Of a stretch of 64,000 bases of DNA, positions 39,342 through 47,769 are shown in pieces; the stretch's first letter is position 1, and every line of letters starts with the position of its first letter. The translations under genes and the position numbers were made by a program. Below the pieces are notes generated by a model, which ran no database searches, was not told the DNA's origin, and was given only the letters and a program-made list of their open reading frames with translations. Source of the stretch: a virus. The stretch lies in the IMG/VR virus record IMGVR_UViG_3300042290_000544; one strand, 5' to 3'.

Positions 39342-39428
39342 AGGAAGGGGTGGGATTCGAACCCACGGTCGTTTTTAGGCGACTCAAGTTTTCAAGACTA
39401 GCGCCTTAAACCACTCAGCCACCCTTCC
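39342..39428 (-). tRNA. tRNA-Ser(UGA), CCA not encoded
   Basis: Loop CUUGAAA; long variable arm. Confidence 0.88.
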
Positions 39429-39437
39429 GTAAAATAA

Positions 39438-39509
39438 CAGTAGTTACATTGGGTTGTAACCTTCCCCAGACTCAACAGGTTTGGAGTTCTTCTGTGGAAG
39501 AACTTACTG
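39438..39509 (-). ncRNA. Stem-closed small RNA candidate
   Basis: CAGTAGTT/AACTTACTG and CTTCC/GGAAG nested stems. Confidence 0.4.
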
Positions 39510-39513
39510 AAAA

Positions 39514-39588
39514 TGGAGCCCCCGATGGGATTTGAACCCGCAACCGCTTGTTTACAAAACAAGTGCTCTACCATTGAGCTACAAGGGC
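39514..39588 (-). tRNA. tRNA-Thr(UGU)
   Basis: Loop UUUGUAA. Confidence 0.92.
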
Positions 39589-39597
39589 AAACTAACA

Positions 39598-39662
39598 TCC
39601 CACCATGCACCTAGAAGCATTGCTGCTTTCACGGATGAACCCGACATTCAGTGCAGGTAGGA
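39598..39662 (-). ncRNA. Stem-closed small RNA candidate
   Basis: UCCUACCUGCAC/GUGCAUGGUGGGA stem on the minus strand (G-U pair supports this strand). Confidence 0.45.
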
Positions 39663-39821
39663 AAAATTGCCCGGCTGTTATTTAAAGACGTCCGGGGCTC
39701 GTCTGTTTTTATTTGAAAAAAGAACTAATTTTACCCCTCTCAGCCTTTGCTGGTTTGGATACCCTTTGTCGGTCGTTTGGACTCCTTAAAGCCGGAGTCT
39801 GGCAGTGAAATTGAAAGTGAT

Positions 39822-39854
39822 AAAAAAACCTCTGAGCTTTATGGCCCAGAGGTT
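39822..39854 (-). terminator. Attenuator terminator upstream of the tRNA array
   Basis: CCUCUGGGC-CAUAAA-GCUCAGAGG-UUUUUUU on the minus strand. Confidence 0.85.
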
Positions 39855-39887
39855 AAAGATAATTTCGATTTTAGATCGACCTTATTT

Positions 39888-39980
39888 TTAACCCCTGTAA
39901 CCTGTTCCGCGTACGGACCAGAACAAGCCACAGCTATGTGGATATTGTTCTGTATTTGATTTAATCTGTACTGAAAGCAT
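39888..39980 (-). CDS. Putative attenuator leader peptide MLSVQIKSNTEQYPHSCGLFWSVRGTGYRG (30 aa)
   Basis: First ATG after the promoter; its stop region pairs with the 5' arm of the terminator. Confidence 0.65.
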   Translation of the reverse strand: MLSVQIKSNTEQYPHSCGLFWSVRGTGYRG

Positions 39981-39998
39981 TTGAAGTGTTTGTTGATT

Positions 39999-40040
39999 TA
40001 TTTATAAGACAATCATACCCTATTTCCATCAAAAGTAAAC
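39999..40040 (-). promoter_or_regulatory. Tandem early (GTTTAC-17-TATGAT) and late (TATAAATA) promoters of the RNA island
   Basis: -35 at 40035-40040, -10 at 40012-40017, TATAAATA at 39999-40006. Confidence 0.75.
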
Positions 40041-40374
40041 AACAAAAGCACTTATTTTTAAAGTAATTGAAGCCATCCATTGATCGTCCAAACCTTCAAG
40101 ACGCCTTCTTCCTCATCATGCCACACCGCCCCGACGATCACATTGGGTGTAACTACAGACGATACCACAGTTAGCTCCGTAGGTTTATCAAGATATGGAT
40201 TGCTCATTGCCGGTGACAACAACCCCGTCATGGTCCGGGGTATCGCAATCTTTCGTACATCGTATGGACGATCCAGATCTTTATAATACGGATACGATTG
40301 AGCACGATAAGAAACCTTAAATTCTGCCGGCGGTGGCTTTGGAAGATGCTTGGCTAGATTGTCAATTAACGAAC

Positions 40375-41058
40375 TCATTGTAGATAAAGATATGGCTTCC
40401 ATTCCTCGCGGATACCCATATCCTCGGGAATTTGAACACCGATTCGGATACGGTTCTTTGGAACCACTTCCTTGCCATTGATGTCGAAGTATGGAAAAAT
40501 GTTGTCCTTGGCAGCATTACAGTCGCGGCAGGCAAGAACAAGGTTGAACCCGTCATTGGTACCACCCTTCGACTTGGGATGCACGTGATCCTTGGTGGCA
40601 ACGCAGAAAGGTATCTTTTTGAGGCAGTACTGACAGGTGCCCTTATAGATGCTGTAAAGACTCCGAAGTGAGGTTTGCTGACCACGACGAACAGTATGTC
40701 CGAAGTGAGTAGTGCAGACGACGATGGTCGGAATTGCCCATTGCTTTTCTTCACCGCTGATACGGTCGGGAGCCGAACGTAAACAGGGCTGATTAGAAAA
40801 TAGTTCTATGGTGTTCTTCGACCAAGAATAGCCGTCATTGTCTTCACGACCGTCCCATGGAATTGTGTTACCACTGGCGTCAATACCGTGAGCCCTACCA
40901 TTCATCATATGACGCATGCACGCACGCGCAGTAAAGAAGGCATAGGCTTGGTACGAACCGTCAAGCACCAAGGTGGTCCGTGCGGTTGCATCAACGGGCG
41001 TCAATACATTAACCTGTAATTGATTTAACAACTGAAGAGAAGCCTTTTCGTGGGACAT
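40375..41058 (-). CDS. HNH endonuclease
   Basis: CQYC, T.DHV.PKSKGG....NLVLAC..CN..K motifs. Confidence 0.88.
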   Translation of the reverse strand: MSHEKASLQLLNQLQVNVLTPVDATARTTLVLDGSYQAYAFFTARACMRHMMNGRAHGIDASGNTIPWDGREDNDGYSWSKNTIELFSNQPCLRSAPDRISGEEKQWAIPTIVVCTTHFGHTVRRGQQTSLRSLYSIYKGTCQYCLKKIPFCVATKDHVHPKSKGGTNDGFNLVLACRDCNAAKDNIFPYFDINGKEVVPKNRIRIGVQIPEDMGIREEWKPYLYLQ

Positions 41059-42080
41059 TGTATTTGCGAGCGTTAGAGTAGGATTCACCATTGAGCACTT
41101 GGCAGTGGCCAGCGGTTTTGTGGTCCCAGATCATGATACCAAAGCGGTTGACCTTGGTCTCACGTGGGACGAAGTTAGGGTCGGGTAGGATACCAGACCG
41201 AATAAGACTTTGAATGATTTTGTCGTTGGACATTTTAGTAAGTGGTAAAACAAACACCCCAAGCGGGCGCGTTTTCATCTTTTTTAAGACCTGGATAACC
41301 TGGATAAACAGGATGGGTACGCGCAATTGTATCATAGTTAGCATACTCAGAATTGTAGACTACTGCTTCGACGTCTCCATGTTTGGCCTTAACAGCATTG
41401 AGTTCGTTAATTAATTCGGAGATTTTCATATTTAAGAAAGTAGCAGAGTTTTTATAAATGTCGAGACTTATTTTTTCTTTTTAAACAAAATGTTATGGAT
41501 CGCATTTATGTCGTCGGCTGAAATTTCGTCGGTTTTGAGAAATGAAGCGAACACATTTCGGATGTCTCTTTTCATTGCGTCAAGTTCGATCCACTCTGCA
41601 ATGTCAATGTTTTTTTGATTTGGTTTCATTTTTCAAACTTTGAATTTTTGCCTTCACTTGGTCAATTCTTTTTTTCGTAGCTTCGATTTTTTCTTGGCTT
41701 GGGTTTACGTCGGTCAACAGATAACGAAGATTTGTTTCGTTCCAAGTCAATTCAAATTCCGCATTTCTTAAATCGGTGTTGTGTTTCATTTGTAGAATTT
41801 ATGATTTTCGATTGTTTGTTACTTCTTTTCCTTTTCGAGAATCTCCTTCAATTCCTTGGCGAAATCAAGGACAAAGTATTCATCCAATCCAAGATCGCCC
41901 TTACACCAATGATCCCCACCGAGGCGCTTTGCGTGCTTATTGAAAAGCTTATCCACTAGTTCTTGAAATTCGTCGTTGGTCATTATGATATAATCCTACA
42001 CTAAATTGGCTAAAAGTAAATCAATTAGATTGTCCTAAGTTGTTGATTAGTAATGTCAATGTTTTTTTGTTTTGGTTTCA

Positions 42081-42419
42081 TTAGCTTTCTTCCCATTTGC
42101 CAATCGTGCGGAGAAAAGCCTCGGCGCGTTGCGCGGAGGTTGCGAAATGACCGCCATTCCCATCGTCTAGGGCATCAGCGTAATCCCTGCGCTGTTGCGC
42201 GCTTCTAAGAACTAAATTCTCCGCCTTGTGCATAGCATTGAGGTCGTTGAGGTAGTTGGGGATGTCATGCTTGAACACTAAAAGCCCACTAGGATTCATA
42301 ACCCAAGTTTCCCAAGCACGGGAAACCCAGCCTTCTTTCTTGGCTAGGCAGTCGGGGTGATCGTGCATCTTCCATCCACACGCTTCCGCAATGGCTATTC
42401 TTTGTTTTTCAGGTTTCAT
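42081..42419 (-). CDS. Hypothetical protein, paralog of 21567-21893
   Basis: Shared EKQRIAIAEACGWK, DLNAMH and AQRAEAFL.T.GKWEE. Confidence 0.75.
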   Translation of the reverse strand: MKPEKQRIAIAEACGWKMHDHPDCLAKKEGWVSRAWETWVMNPSGLLVFKHDIPNYLNDLNAMHKAENLVLRSAQQRRDYADALDDGNGGHFATSAQRAEAFLRTIGKWEES

Positions 42420-42728
42420 TATGATGTAATCCTACACTAAATTGGCTAAAAGTAAATCAATTAGATTGTCCTAAGTTGTTGATTAGTAATGTTACCATCC
42501 AACAATGCAGCTATCATATTGACCAAAATAGAAAACTCTACCAGTGCTGACAAGTGCTGCGGTTCTGGTCGACTTCTTCTTAAAGATGGCGCCGCTGGAA
42601 ATAAAGTGCTCGCCGATTGTAACGGTACGGAATGTGAGGTTAAGTTTGGTCGTGTTTTTCATTATGATGTAATCCTACACTAAATTGGCTAAAAGTAAAT
42701 CAATTAGATTGTCCTAAGTTGTTGATTA

Positions 42729-42974
42729 TCACTTGTTGTCCAACTTGTTCATGGTCACCCATTTAGCACGGTTGATCATGTAACGGACCCGAAGTTCGTT
42801 TTCGGAGTCACCCATAAGATGTTGAACATCAGAGAGAAGGGACATCACAAGGTCCTGAGCCGAGACACGGTATTCCGTGGCTCTTTCGTACCAAACATCA
42901 ATGTTCGTGACGCCGAACTGTTCCATGTCGGTAACAGTTGATTCATACTTTTTGAAGGTTGGGTTGTTTAACAT
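42729..42974 (-). CDS. Hypothetical early protein
   Basis: Cassette ORF between repeats. Confidence 0.65.
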   Translation of the reverse strand: MLNNPTFKKYESTVTDMEQFGVTNIDVWYERATEYRVSAQDLVMSLLSDVQHLMGDSENELRVRYMINRAKWVTMNKLDNK

Positions 42975-43060
42975 GCTACCATCCTACAACAAACCTTCAA
43001 AAAGTAAATCACTTAGAATTACCTAAGTGATTGACCCTCAACATTAGCTAAAAATAGTGC

Positions 43061-43669
43061 TTATTTTGCAGTCTTTTTTCGCTTATTTTGAAGGGCTTTC
43101 TTCCGTTTATTGAGACGGTTGACCACTTCCTCTCCACCCATCCAAATATCCTTATTGTCCAAAATTGCTTGAATTTCATCGGGATTCAAGAAATTGGAAT
43201 AGATTTCATTAAGGAGACTCTCCGACCACTTACGTTCGTGTTTAATCTGGTCGATCATCTCTCCGCCCTTACCGATTGTCCCACCGGAATAGTTGTGAAA
43301 CATAAACATTGAGTGAGCCGAGATTTCAAATTCATCTGCCATAAGAAAAACAATTGTGGCTGCCGACATACAGGCGCCTTCAACGGAGACCATTACGGGA
43401 GCCTTACACTCACGAATGACACGCATGAATTGAATTGCCGACCAGAGGTCGCCGCCGCAGGAGTTGATGTAAATCTTGATGAAGTCGTTCGCGGGACAGT
43501 GCCGCATCTGGTTGAACCATTCGGTGTATTTCGAGGCTTCTTCGATTTCACCCACAAGATAATACTCATGTAAATGTGCAATGGCTTTATCAGTAAAAGA
43601 AGTGGTTTGCTTCTTTTCAACATTTAGCATATCGAGCAATGGATTACCAAGTTTAGGTTCATTCATCAT
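43061..43669 (-). CDS. clpP: ClpP-family serine protease
   Basis: INS.GG, G.CMSAA (Ser), FMFHN (His) and D.W motifs. Confidence 0.8.
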   Translation of the reverse strand: MMNEPKLGNPLLDMLNVEKKQTTSFTDKAIAHLHEYYLVGEIEEASKYTEWFNQMRHCPANDFIKIYINSCGGDLWSAIQFMRVIRECKAPVMVSVEGACMSAATIVFLMADEFEISAHSMFMFHNYSGGTIGKGGEMIDQIKHERKWSESLLNEIYSNFLNPDEIQAILDNKDIWMGGEEVVNRLNKRKKALQNKRKKTAK

Positions 43670-43680
43670 AATTGTTTTAT

Positions 43681-44361
43681 TTATACCCGTCCGAAGATTC
43701 TCATCCGAGTGTATTCTGCAATTGTTTCGCGGAGAGGTTTTACCCAGTTATCACGGTGTTCCTTAAATACCCGTGGTTCGTTCTCATCAATGGCCATAAT
43801 GGTCACAATGTTGGTAATAGGAATCCCAGTGCGCTCCTCGAACATAATCGCGTAGGATGTTTCCTGCATGAAGTAACTGTGAATGTCTTCCTTCTCCTTC
43901 ACTCTCTTGGATGTTTTAATGTCAATAATCGACAGCACACTATCAAACTCTGCAATAAGATCAACTCTTCCTGCAAGACCCAGATGATCGGAATACAGAG
44001 GACACTCTTGAAGTACTATGTTATTGACTCTCTTCTCGAGGATGGGTTTAATCGTACCAAAGGTATGCCATAGATGCGGCATATATTTCTTTGGATCCAA
44101 TGTCTCATTATTCAGATAACGTTCTGCCATCTTATGGACATCTTCACCGCGAGCAGCAGCCCTACGAGAAATACGGTTGGCTTCTTCTTCACCGACACGT
44201 TTGCGCCATGCAAGAATGTCATTCTTACTCAGTATCCCAAGGACCGTAGTGACGGATGGGTACTTGGTACCTTTCGGCGTCATGTATGTGCGCCCTGTTT
44301 CTAGGGTCTCACATACTAGGTCTTTATATCCTAGATCAATGGGTTTATGCGTAAAAATCAT
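43681..44361 (-). CDS. PD-(D/E)XK exonuclease (Cas4-like phage exonuclease)
   Basis: YPSVTTVL, RG..VH, AGRVD, IID.KTS and YF.Q...YA motifs. Confidence 0.88.
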   Translation of the reverse strand: MIFTHKPIDLGYKDLVCETLETGRTYMTPKGTKYPSVTTVLGILSKNDILAWRKRVGEEEANRISRRAAARGEDVHKMAERYLNNETLDPKKYMPHLWHTFGTIKPILEKRVNNIVLQECPLYSDHLGLAGRVDLIAEFDSVLSIIDIKTSKRVKEKEDIHSYFMQETSYAIMFEERTGIPITNIVTIMAIDENEPRVFKEHRDNWVKPLRETIAEYTRMRIFGRV

Positions 44362-44545
44362 TTAGTATCTTCGTATTCTTCGTAGCTCTTGAAAACCTCT
44401 TCGGCATCAATGGGACCGCTCAAACGGAAGTCCTCTTCGTCCTCATTCGTATGAGTAGGACGAGCATTTTTCTTTTTGTTCTGGCGACGAAAATTACGAT
44501 CGAATTTGTCCGATTCGTCAGATTTGCCTTTGTTGTACATATTGC

Positions 44546-45268
44546 TTATTTTTCTTTGCGAAGGAGTTCTTTTGTCATGATATAGTCTCGTACGATTCCG
44601 GATCGCACGATGTCCTGCCAGCCGAACTCGGACTGATGGAAGTATTTCATCTGAGAAATGATTTTCATAAAGTCGACGATACCGCTCTTGTCCTTGGATT
44701 TCTCAAGGTCGGATTGGTAATAGTCGCCGCACATAATGAATCGGCAGTCCTCACCCAATCGAGTAATGATCGAATCAAGTTCATGGAATGTGAGGTTCTG
44801 CATTTCATCCACAATCACAATAGACTTGCGCAGAGTGATACCACGAATAAATGAGGTTGTGAGGAATTCCACGGTACCCTTGGCCACCAGTTTATTCCAT
44901 GCCAGTTTATCACCAAACAGTTCCGCAAGGATACTAATGTAGGGTGTAAGATATGTTGCTTCCTTTTCGGAACGGTCGCCCGGAAGGAAACCAATGTCAC
45001 GTGTCGGAACAACCGAACGAACAATAATGATTTTCTCGTAGGGAGATTCACCCTTCATTACCTCCTCAAGTGCAAGGTACATTGCCATAAAGGTCTTACC
45101 CGTACCCGCTGCACCAGAAAGGCATAGATGATTCTTTTTCTTGTACGCAGCAAACACTTTCTTTTGAGTCAGAGTCAACGGTTCAACAACCCTTAGATTG
45201 TTGTAGGAAATCAAAGGAATTACCGTTGACGGTTGTTTGTTTTTCTGTTTGTTTTTCAGTTTGGCCAT
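44546..45268 (-). CDS. phoH: PhoH family ATPase
   Basis: G.AGTGKT, IGFLPG, RG.T, DE.QN and GD..QSD motifs. Confidence 0.93.
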   Translation of the reverse strand: MAKLKNKQKNKQPSTVIPLISYNNLRVVEPLTLTQKKVFAAYKKKNHLCLSGAAGTGKTFMAMYLALEEVMKGESPYEKIIIVRSVVPTRDIGFLPGDRSEKEATYLTPYISILAELFGDKLAWNKLVAKGTVEFLTTSFIRGITLRKSIVIVDEMQNLTFHELDSIITRLGEDCRFIMCGDYYQSDLEKSKDKSGIVDFMKIISQMKYFHQSEFGWQDIVRSGIVRDYIMTKELLRKEK

Positions 45269-45272
45269 GAGA

Positions 45273-45533
45273 TTATTTTGTTTTGATGGAATTCTTGCGA
45301 CCCGAACCCTTCTTAATTCTCTGTTGTATTTCCTTCCAGCCATTTCCGGCACGGTTGTACATATCCTTAAAACCAGAATAGCTCACTTTCACTGCGGTGA
45401 CTCCGCGGGACACGGCACCAATCTTATGGCAGGATGGGCATTCGGCGGTCGTGGGCTTATCGCGGTCATCAATAGGAGTCATTTGGGTGAACTCGTGTCC
45501 ACATTCTTTACAGTGATAGTCGTAGTTTGGCAT
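45273..45533 (-). CDS. FmdB-family zinc ribbon protein
   Basis: MP.Y.Y.C..CGH.F ... CP.C. Confidence 0.85.
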   Translation of the reverse strand: MPNYDYHCKECGHEFTQMTPIDDRDKPTTAECPSCHKIGAVSRGVTAVKVSYSGFKDMYNRAGNGWKEIQQRIKKGSGRKNSIKTK

Positions 45534-45534
45534 A

Positions 45535-46110
45535 TTAGGTAACAATGAACCATTCTGGAACATTGCGGTTTGACCAGGTCATTTTAAACCGATCCTGCTT
45601 GGTCTGATAGAACTCACGGTATGAACGCACGGGATCATCGGGGTGCATACATTGAGGAAAGGATTTCATGGCAAGTTTAAACTGCGTCATGGGACCGCTG
45701 GGAATGGAAGTTGGTGGGTCAATAAGGTCTTCGAGTAACAGTTTTTCCGTATTGTGGACCTTGCCGTAACGATGAGTGTATTCGGTGCACAGAGCATCGA
45801 AGTGCTGGTGATGCCATTCGTAGTTGGCAATACTTTCCATGGTCCATATTGTGCACGGATGGTGCATATGAACGGCTTTGTAGAACTTGGCGTCTTTTTC
45901 TGCATTCGGAAGCAGCCATTCCTTACCCTTGCGCCAACGAGCGGGAAGAGAACCGGCAACATATTTCTTGGTCTCGCGCATTGTACCATCGAGCAAACGA
46001 TGTGCAGTGCAGAGCATCTGCGCCGATTCGACAATCATTTTGACGACGTGCTTATCGCATTGCAGCTGAGCCGCAATGACAGGGTCACGGTCTAAAACAA
46101 AGATATTCAT
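45535..46110 (-). CDS. Pyrimidine-dimer glycosylase-like (DenV-related) protein
   Basis: MNIF.LD, DKHVVKM..ESAQML, H.HHPCT.W and EYT.RYGK.H motifs. Confidence 0.75.
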   Translation of the reverse strand: MNIFVLDRDPVIAAQLQCDKHVVKMIVESAQMLCTAHRLLDGTMRETKKYVAGSLPARWRKGKEWLLPNAEKDAKFYKAVHMHHPCTIWTMESIANYEWHHQHFDALCTEYTHRYGKVHNTEKLLLEDLIDPPTSIPSGPMTQFKLAMKSFPQCMHPDDPVRSYREFYQTKQDRFKMTWSNRNVPEWFIVT

Positions 46111-46400
46111 AATGTAGTGTATATCCTATACGGATACGGTCAAATGTAAACCATTAATTATGCCGCTTGCATAATCTCTTCTGATTGGAGAGATTCAATT
46201 ACTTCCTTGATAAACTGTTGCTTCTTTTGCATACCGGTAATGGATAGGGTATTTCCTTCTTTTTGCAATCTCTGGATATAATAGTCTAGATCAGTATAAT
46301 CTTGCTTGAGTCTTTCCAGTTGTGAAGCGATCATGTGTTTTTTGGTTTGTTTACTACCCGACATGATATAGAAGACGCAATTGCGCCTTTCAAGAAAGTG

Positions 46401-46832
46401 TTAGAGCTCAATGAGTTTTGGCCAAACTTCTTGGACCAAAGCCTTAGTGAGACCTTTGTATTTGCCCGCAAACTTCTTATCCTTTACGGCAAGCAGAATC
46501 TCTGCATCCTTTGGATGGATACCTTCAAGCACTTGAAGAAATATACGTTCACGCTTGACCGGCATTAATTTGTCTCCCTGACCCTTCTTTACAAAGTAGG
46601 TCATCATCTTGGTCTGGCGGAGAAGTGATGTCGGAGTGAGACCTTCCTTTGATACATTTGATTTGTATTCGGGGACTCCTGGAGGAAGATTAAATTCAAT
46701 GAAATCATCATAGGCGGCACGGAGAATATCCCTGAGACCAAGTGAGTCATACTTTTTGAGGACATTAATTTTCTCCACTCTCGTTGGAGCAGCGGCAGCC
46801 TTTTCAAGGATTTCGTAGATTTCTAGTTTCAT
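46401..46832 (-). CDS. Conserved T4-like phage hypothetical protein
   Basis: LP.G.P.Y and KRE..F.Q.LEG.HP.DAE motifs. Confidence 0.75.
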   Translation of the reverse strand: MKLEIYEILEKAAAAPTRVEKINVLKKYDSLGLRDILRAAYDDFIEFNLPPGVPEYKSNVSKEGLTPTSLLRQTKMMTYFVKKGQGDKLMPVKRERIFLQVLEGIHPKDAEILLAVKDKKFAGKYKGLTKALVQEVWPKLIEL

Positions 46833-47674
46833 AGTGAATTAAATTCCTCTGCACATTCAATAAGTTGAGTGCATCGTTTTGATATAAGATAGTTTAGGAC
46901 GTTTGAATTGGGTTTCACCGATTCAAAGGTATTTATAATAAGCGCCTTCTTGTCCCGAGGTACTTTGTTTAGGTCAATAAGAGCTTGGTTACGCTGGAAG
47001 TTACGGTAGGTCGCTTCGTCCATTACCTTATCAAGGTTATCATAAGAAGCAATCCATTGCTCGATTTTCTTGGTAGAAATAGGCTTCTGACGAATCTTAT
47101 CGACAAACGTATTGTCGGGAGAAAGGACATTGGGAATACCATCGCCACTGTCTCCACGCATAATATGCTCGTAAAGATAATTAAAAGGCTTGTTTTCCTT
47201 CACAAAGGCTTTCGTCATAGGGGAGAATTGACGAACATTGGGGTACCGCTGGAGCTGAATAAAATCCTTGTCGGCAGAAATGATCATGACGGGCCCGCGC
47301 TCGAGGTACCAATGATTTTCGGTTAAGGTACCAATGATGTCATCGGCTTCGATATTCTGGATATGAACCACTTTGTAGGGAAGGTGTTCCTTGACCTCGT
47401 CACGAACCACACTCAGGATGCGGAAGAATTCATTCCAATCAAGCCCACTGGCGTCACGGCTGGTCTTACGGCTGGCTTTGTATTGCGGAAAGATTTCCTT
47501 GCGCCATGAACCACCGTCACACGCAAGAACCATTGTACCGTATTCCTTGCGGTATTTAAGGTTGTACATCCGCAAAGAGTTTAGGATCATGTGGCGTACC
47601 ATATCCTCGGAGACGGTAACTTTTTGTGCAAAGATGTTGGAAATGGCAATGCCGGAATAGTCGATGAGTATCAT
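46829..47674 (-). CDS. rnh: T4-type RNase H (5'-3' exonuclease)
   Basis: WR....P.YKA.R, EADDII, SADKDF.QL and GD.GDGIPN motifs. Confidence 0.93.
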   Translation of the reverse strand: MILIDYSGIAISNIFAQKVTVSEDMVRHMILNSLRMYNLKYRKEYGTMVLACDGGSWRKEIFPQYKASRKTSRDASGLDWNEFFRILSVVRDEVKEHLPYKVVHIQNIEADDIIGTLTENHWYLERGPVMIISADKDFIQLQRYPNVRQFSPMTKAFVKENKPFNYLYEHIMRGDSGDGIPNVLSPDNTFVDKIRQKPISTKKIEQWIASYDNLDKVMDEATYRNFQRNQALIDLNKVPRDKKALIINTFESVKPNSNVLNYLISKRCTQLIECAEEFNSL

Positions 47675-47769
47675 TATGAATCAATCATACCATATTACGG
47701 CTCCTTGTAAACCATAAAATTCATCTATTTGATGGTTTACATTTAACCTGTAACCGTTATAATGAATCT

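Larger units (their letters stand above)
41981..43035 (-). repeat. Three near-identical ~70-bp promoter repeats (41981, 42417, 42659) plus a diverged fourth (42972), each heading one small ORF
   Basis: CATTATGAT(A/G)TAATCCTACACTAAATTGGCTAAAAGTAAATCAATTAGATTGTCCTAAGTTGTTGATTA repeated. Confidence 0.92.

Noticed and set aside
34021-39700. RNase P RNA, SRP RNA or rRNA
   Set aside because: Hallmark motifs (GAGGAAAGUCC; SRP helix-8 CAGG...AGCAG) were not seen by eye; a covariance search is still needed.
33871-39959. ORF-track ORFs over the RNA island (e.g. 33871-34203, 34915-35214, 37506-37832, 38715-39092, 39747-39959)
   Set aside because: They overlap tRNAs or structured RNAs, or are antisense, and lack protein-like features.
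41981-43035. CRISPR array or integron attC array
   Set aside because: Repeats are ~70 bp, non-palindromic, contain promoter elements and are separated by whole ORFs; no cas or integrase gene in the window.
43681-44361. Cas4 as part of a CRISPR system
   Set aside because: Standard stand-alone exonuclease of T4-like phages next to phoH.
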